Assembly: GCA_002269645.1 (NCBI GenBank)
Contig: NIVC01000094.1
Span: forward strand, 248,001 to 312,000
Origin: Macrostomum lignano
Lineage: Eukaryota
Reading direction: 5' to 3'
DNA length: 64,000 bases
Position 1 is the first letter of the stretch, and each line of letters opens with the position of its first letter. This document shows, piece after piece, positions 61,802-64,000 of this stretch. Both the position numbers and the translations under genes were made by a program. Below the pieces are notes generated by a model. It was not told the origin of the DNA, did not search any database, and was given only the letters and a program-made list of their open reading frames with translations.

Positions 61802-62289
61802 TTTTATGCTGCTTGTGACCAGCTTTGCTGCTACAAGGCGGTCTTCTCTGGCAGGAGATGCGCGATGTCTACTTGAAGGATCCTTGATATCAGAAGATTG
61901 GTCGCATTTCGCTTAACACTTCTAGCCTTCGGTTTATCAAAGTTTCCGCGCATGCACGCAGATTTTGATTTAACAAGTTTACAAGGAATGCGGAAAGCTT
62001 CAGCCGGCAGTTCGTACGTTCCAGTCCAAAAATATACTTCCCTTCGAGGTCTCTCACCACACCTCTCACTGGGAGGCCTGTGGTGATAAGAAGACAGTTG
62101 TAGCCCTGATAGCCCTGGCCGCCCTGGCCGCATGTGCGCCTGTATAGCAGAATGTGAGTGTGCTTAACTGTCCCGCTTGTTGCACTCCGAGCTGAGAACC
62201 GAACTGCATGTGACCAAATCGATTCATTTAAATCTGTCTCGTGTTTCACCAATATAATTTTTTATGAGCAGCAGAAGAGACTGTTCGTA

Positions 62290-64000
62290 GTGGTTGATGA
62301 CCAACTGAACACTGTTTTGAGTGGTTGATGACCAACTGAACACTGTTTAGAGTGGGTGATCACCAACTGAACACTGTTTTGAGTGGGTGATCACCAACTG
62401 AACACTGTTTTGAGTGGTTGATGACCAACTGAACACTGTTTAGAGTGGGTGATGACCAACTAAACACTGTTTTGAGTGGGTGATGACCAACTGAACACTG
62501 CTTAGAGTGGGTGATGACCAACTGAACACTGCTTAGAGTGGGTGATGACCAACTGAACACTGTTTAGAGTGGGTGATGACCAACTAAACACTGCTTAGAG
62601 TGGGTGATGACCAACTGAACACTGCTTAGAGTGGGTGATGACCAACTGAACACTGCTTAGAGTGGTTGATGACCAACTGAACACTGTTTAGAGTGGGTGA
62701 TGACCAACTAAACACTGTTTTTGAGTGGGTGATGACCAACTGAACACTGCTTAGAGTGGGTGATGACCAACTGAACACTGTTTTGAGTGGGTGATGACCA
62801 ACTGAACACTGCTTAGAGTGGGTGATGACCAACTGAACACTGCTTAGAGTGGGTGATGACCAACTGAACACTGTTTTGAGTGGGTGATGACCAACTAAAC
62901 ACTGTTTTGAGTGGGTGATCACCAACTGAACACTGTTTTGAGTGGGTGATGACCAACTGAACACTGTTTTGAGTGGGTGATCACCAACTGAACACTGTTT
63001 TGAGTGGGTGATGACCAACTGAACACTGTTTTGAGTGGGTGATGACCAACTGAACACTGTTTAGAGTGGGTGATGACCAACTAAACACTGTTTTGAGTGG
63101 GTGATCACCAACTGAACACTGCTTAGAGTGGGTGATGACCAACTAAACACTGTTTTGAGTGGGTGATGACCAACTGAACACTGCTTAGAGTGGGTGATGA
63201 CCAACTGAACACTGCTTAGAGTGGGTGATGACCAACTGAACACTGTTTTGAGTGGGTGATGATCAACTGAACACTGTTTTGAGTGGGTGATACCCAACTG
63301 AACACTGTTTTGAGTGGGTGATGACCAACTGAACACTGTTTTGAGTGGGTGATCACCAACTGAACACTGCTTAGAGTGGGTGATGACCAACTGAACACTG
63401 CTTAGAGTGGTTGATGACCAACTGAACACTGTTTAGAGTGGGTGATGACCAACTAAACACTGTTTTGAGTGGGTGATCACCAACTGAACACTGCTTAGAG
63501 TGGGTGATGACCAACTAAACACTGCTTAGAGTGGTTGATGACCAACTGAACACTGCTTAGAGTGGGTGATGACCAACTAAACACTGTTTTGAGTGGGTGA
63601 TCACCAACTGAACACTGCTTAGAGTGGGTGATGACCAACTGAACACTGTTTTGAGTGGGTGATCACCAACTGAACACTGTTTTGAGTGGGTGATGACCAA
63701 CTGAACACTGTTTTGAGTGGGTGATCACCAACTGAACACTGCTTAGAGTGGGTGATGACCAACTGAACACTGCGTAGAGTGGTTGATGACCAACTGAACA
63801 CTGTTTAGAGTGGGTGATGACCAACTAAACACTGTTTTGAGTGGGTGATGACCAACTGAACACTGCTTAGAGTGGGTGATGACCAACTAAACACTGCTTA
63901 GAGTGGTTGATGACCAACTGAACACTGTTTAGAGTGGGTGATGACCAACTAAACACTGTTTTGAGTGGGTGATCACCAACTGAACACTGCTTAGAGTGGG
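62290..64000. repeat. 31-bp minisatellite (gagtgggtgatgaccaactgaacactgtttt), runs off the window end
   Basis: More than 50 tandem copies. Confidence 0.98.

Overview
Intron-rich animal genomic DNA with GC3-rich exons and introns packed with GATA microsatellites and minisatellites. The composition is reminiscent of a free-living flatworm such as Macrostomum (inference only). I assembled the spliced genes by eye. (1) Four head-to-tail Torsin AAA+ paralogs on + (12893-35029) share a 5-exon structure. The fourth is intact except for a TGA at a Trp conserved in the other three. (2) A secreted fibrinogen-related (FReD) gene on - (36907-39839) has an N-terminal Cys-rich module and lies head-to-head with an unrecognised 180-aa gene. 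(3) A complete Ty3/Gypsy LTR retrotransposon (41640-46582) has identical 194-bp LTRs, a CAGG target-site duplication, a tRNA-Leu PBS and a GGGAAAC -1 frameshift signal. (4) A ~14.6-kb minus-strand IRAG/LRMP(MRVI1)-like coiled-coil, tail-anchored gene (47165-61801) hosts an intronless, HSE-driven hsp70 antisense in one intron. That hsp70 carries a 1-bp frameshift. The host gene also has a probable GC-AG intron and nine tandem in-frame splice acceptors. The window also holds a candidate secreted-protein gene near 2.6-3.5 kb, two decayed Gypsy fragments, two tiny hAT-type MITEs with 8-bp TSDs and about 25 tandem repeats. There are no CRISPR arrays, rRNA or tRNA genes. Most long ORFs in the supplied track are repeat or antisense artefacts. 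All family assignments come from recalled motifs, not database searches.
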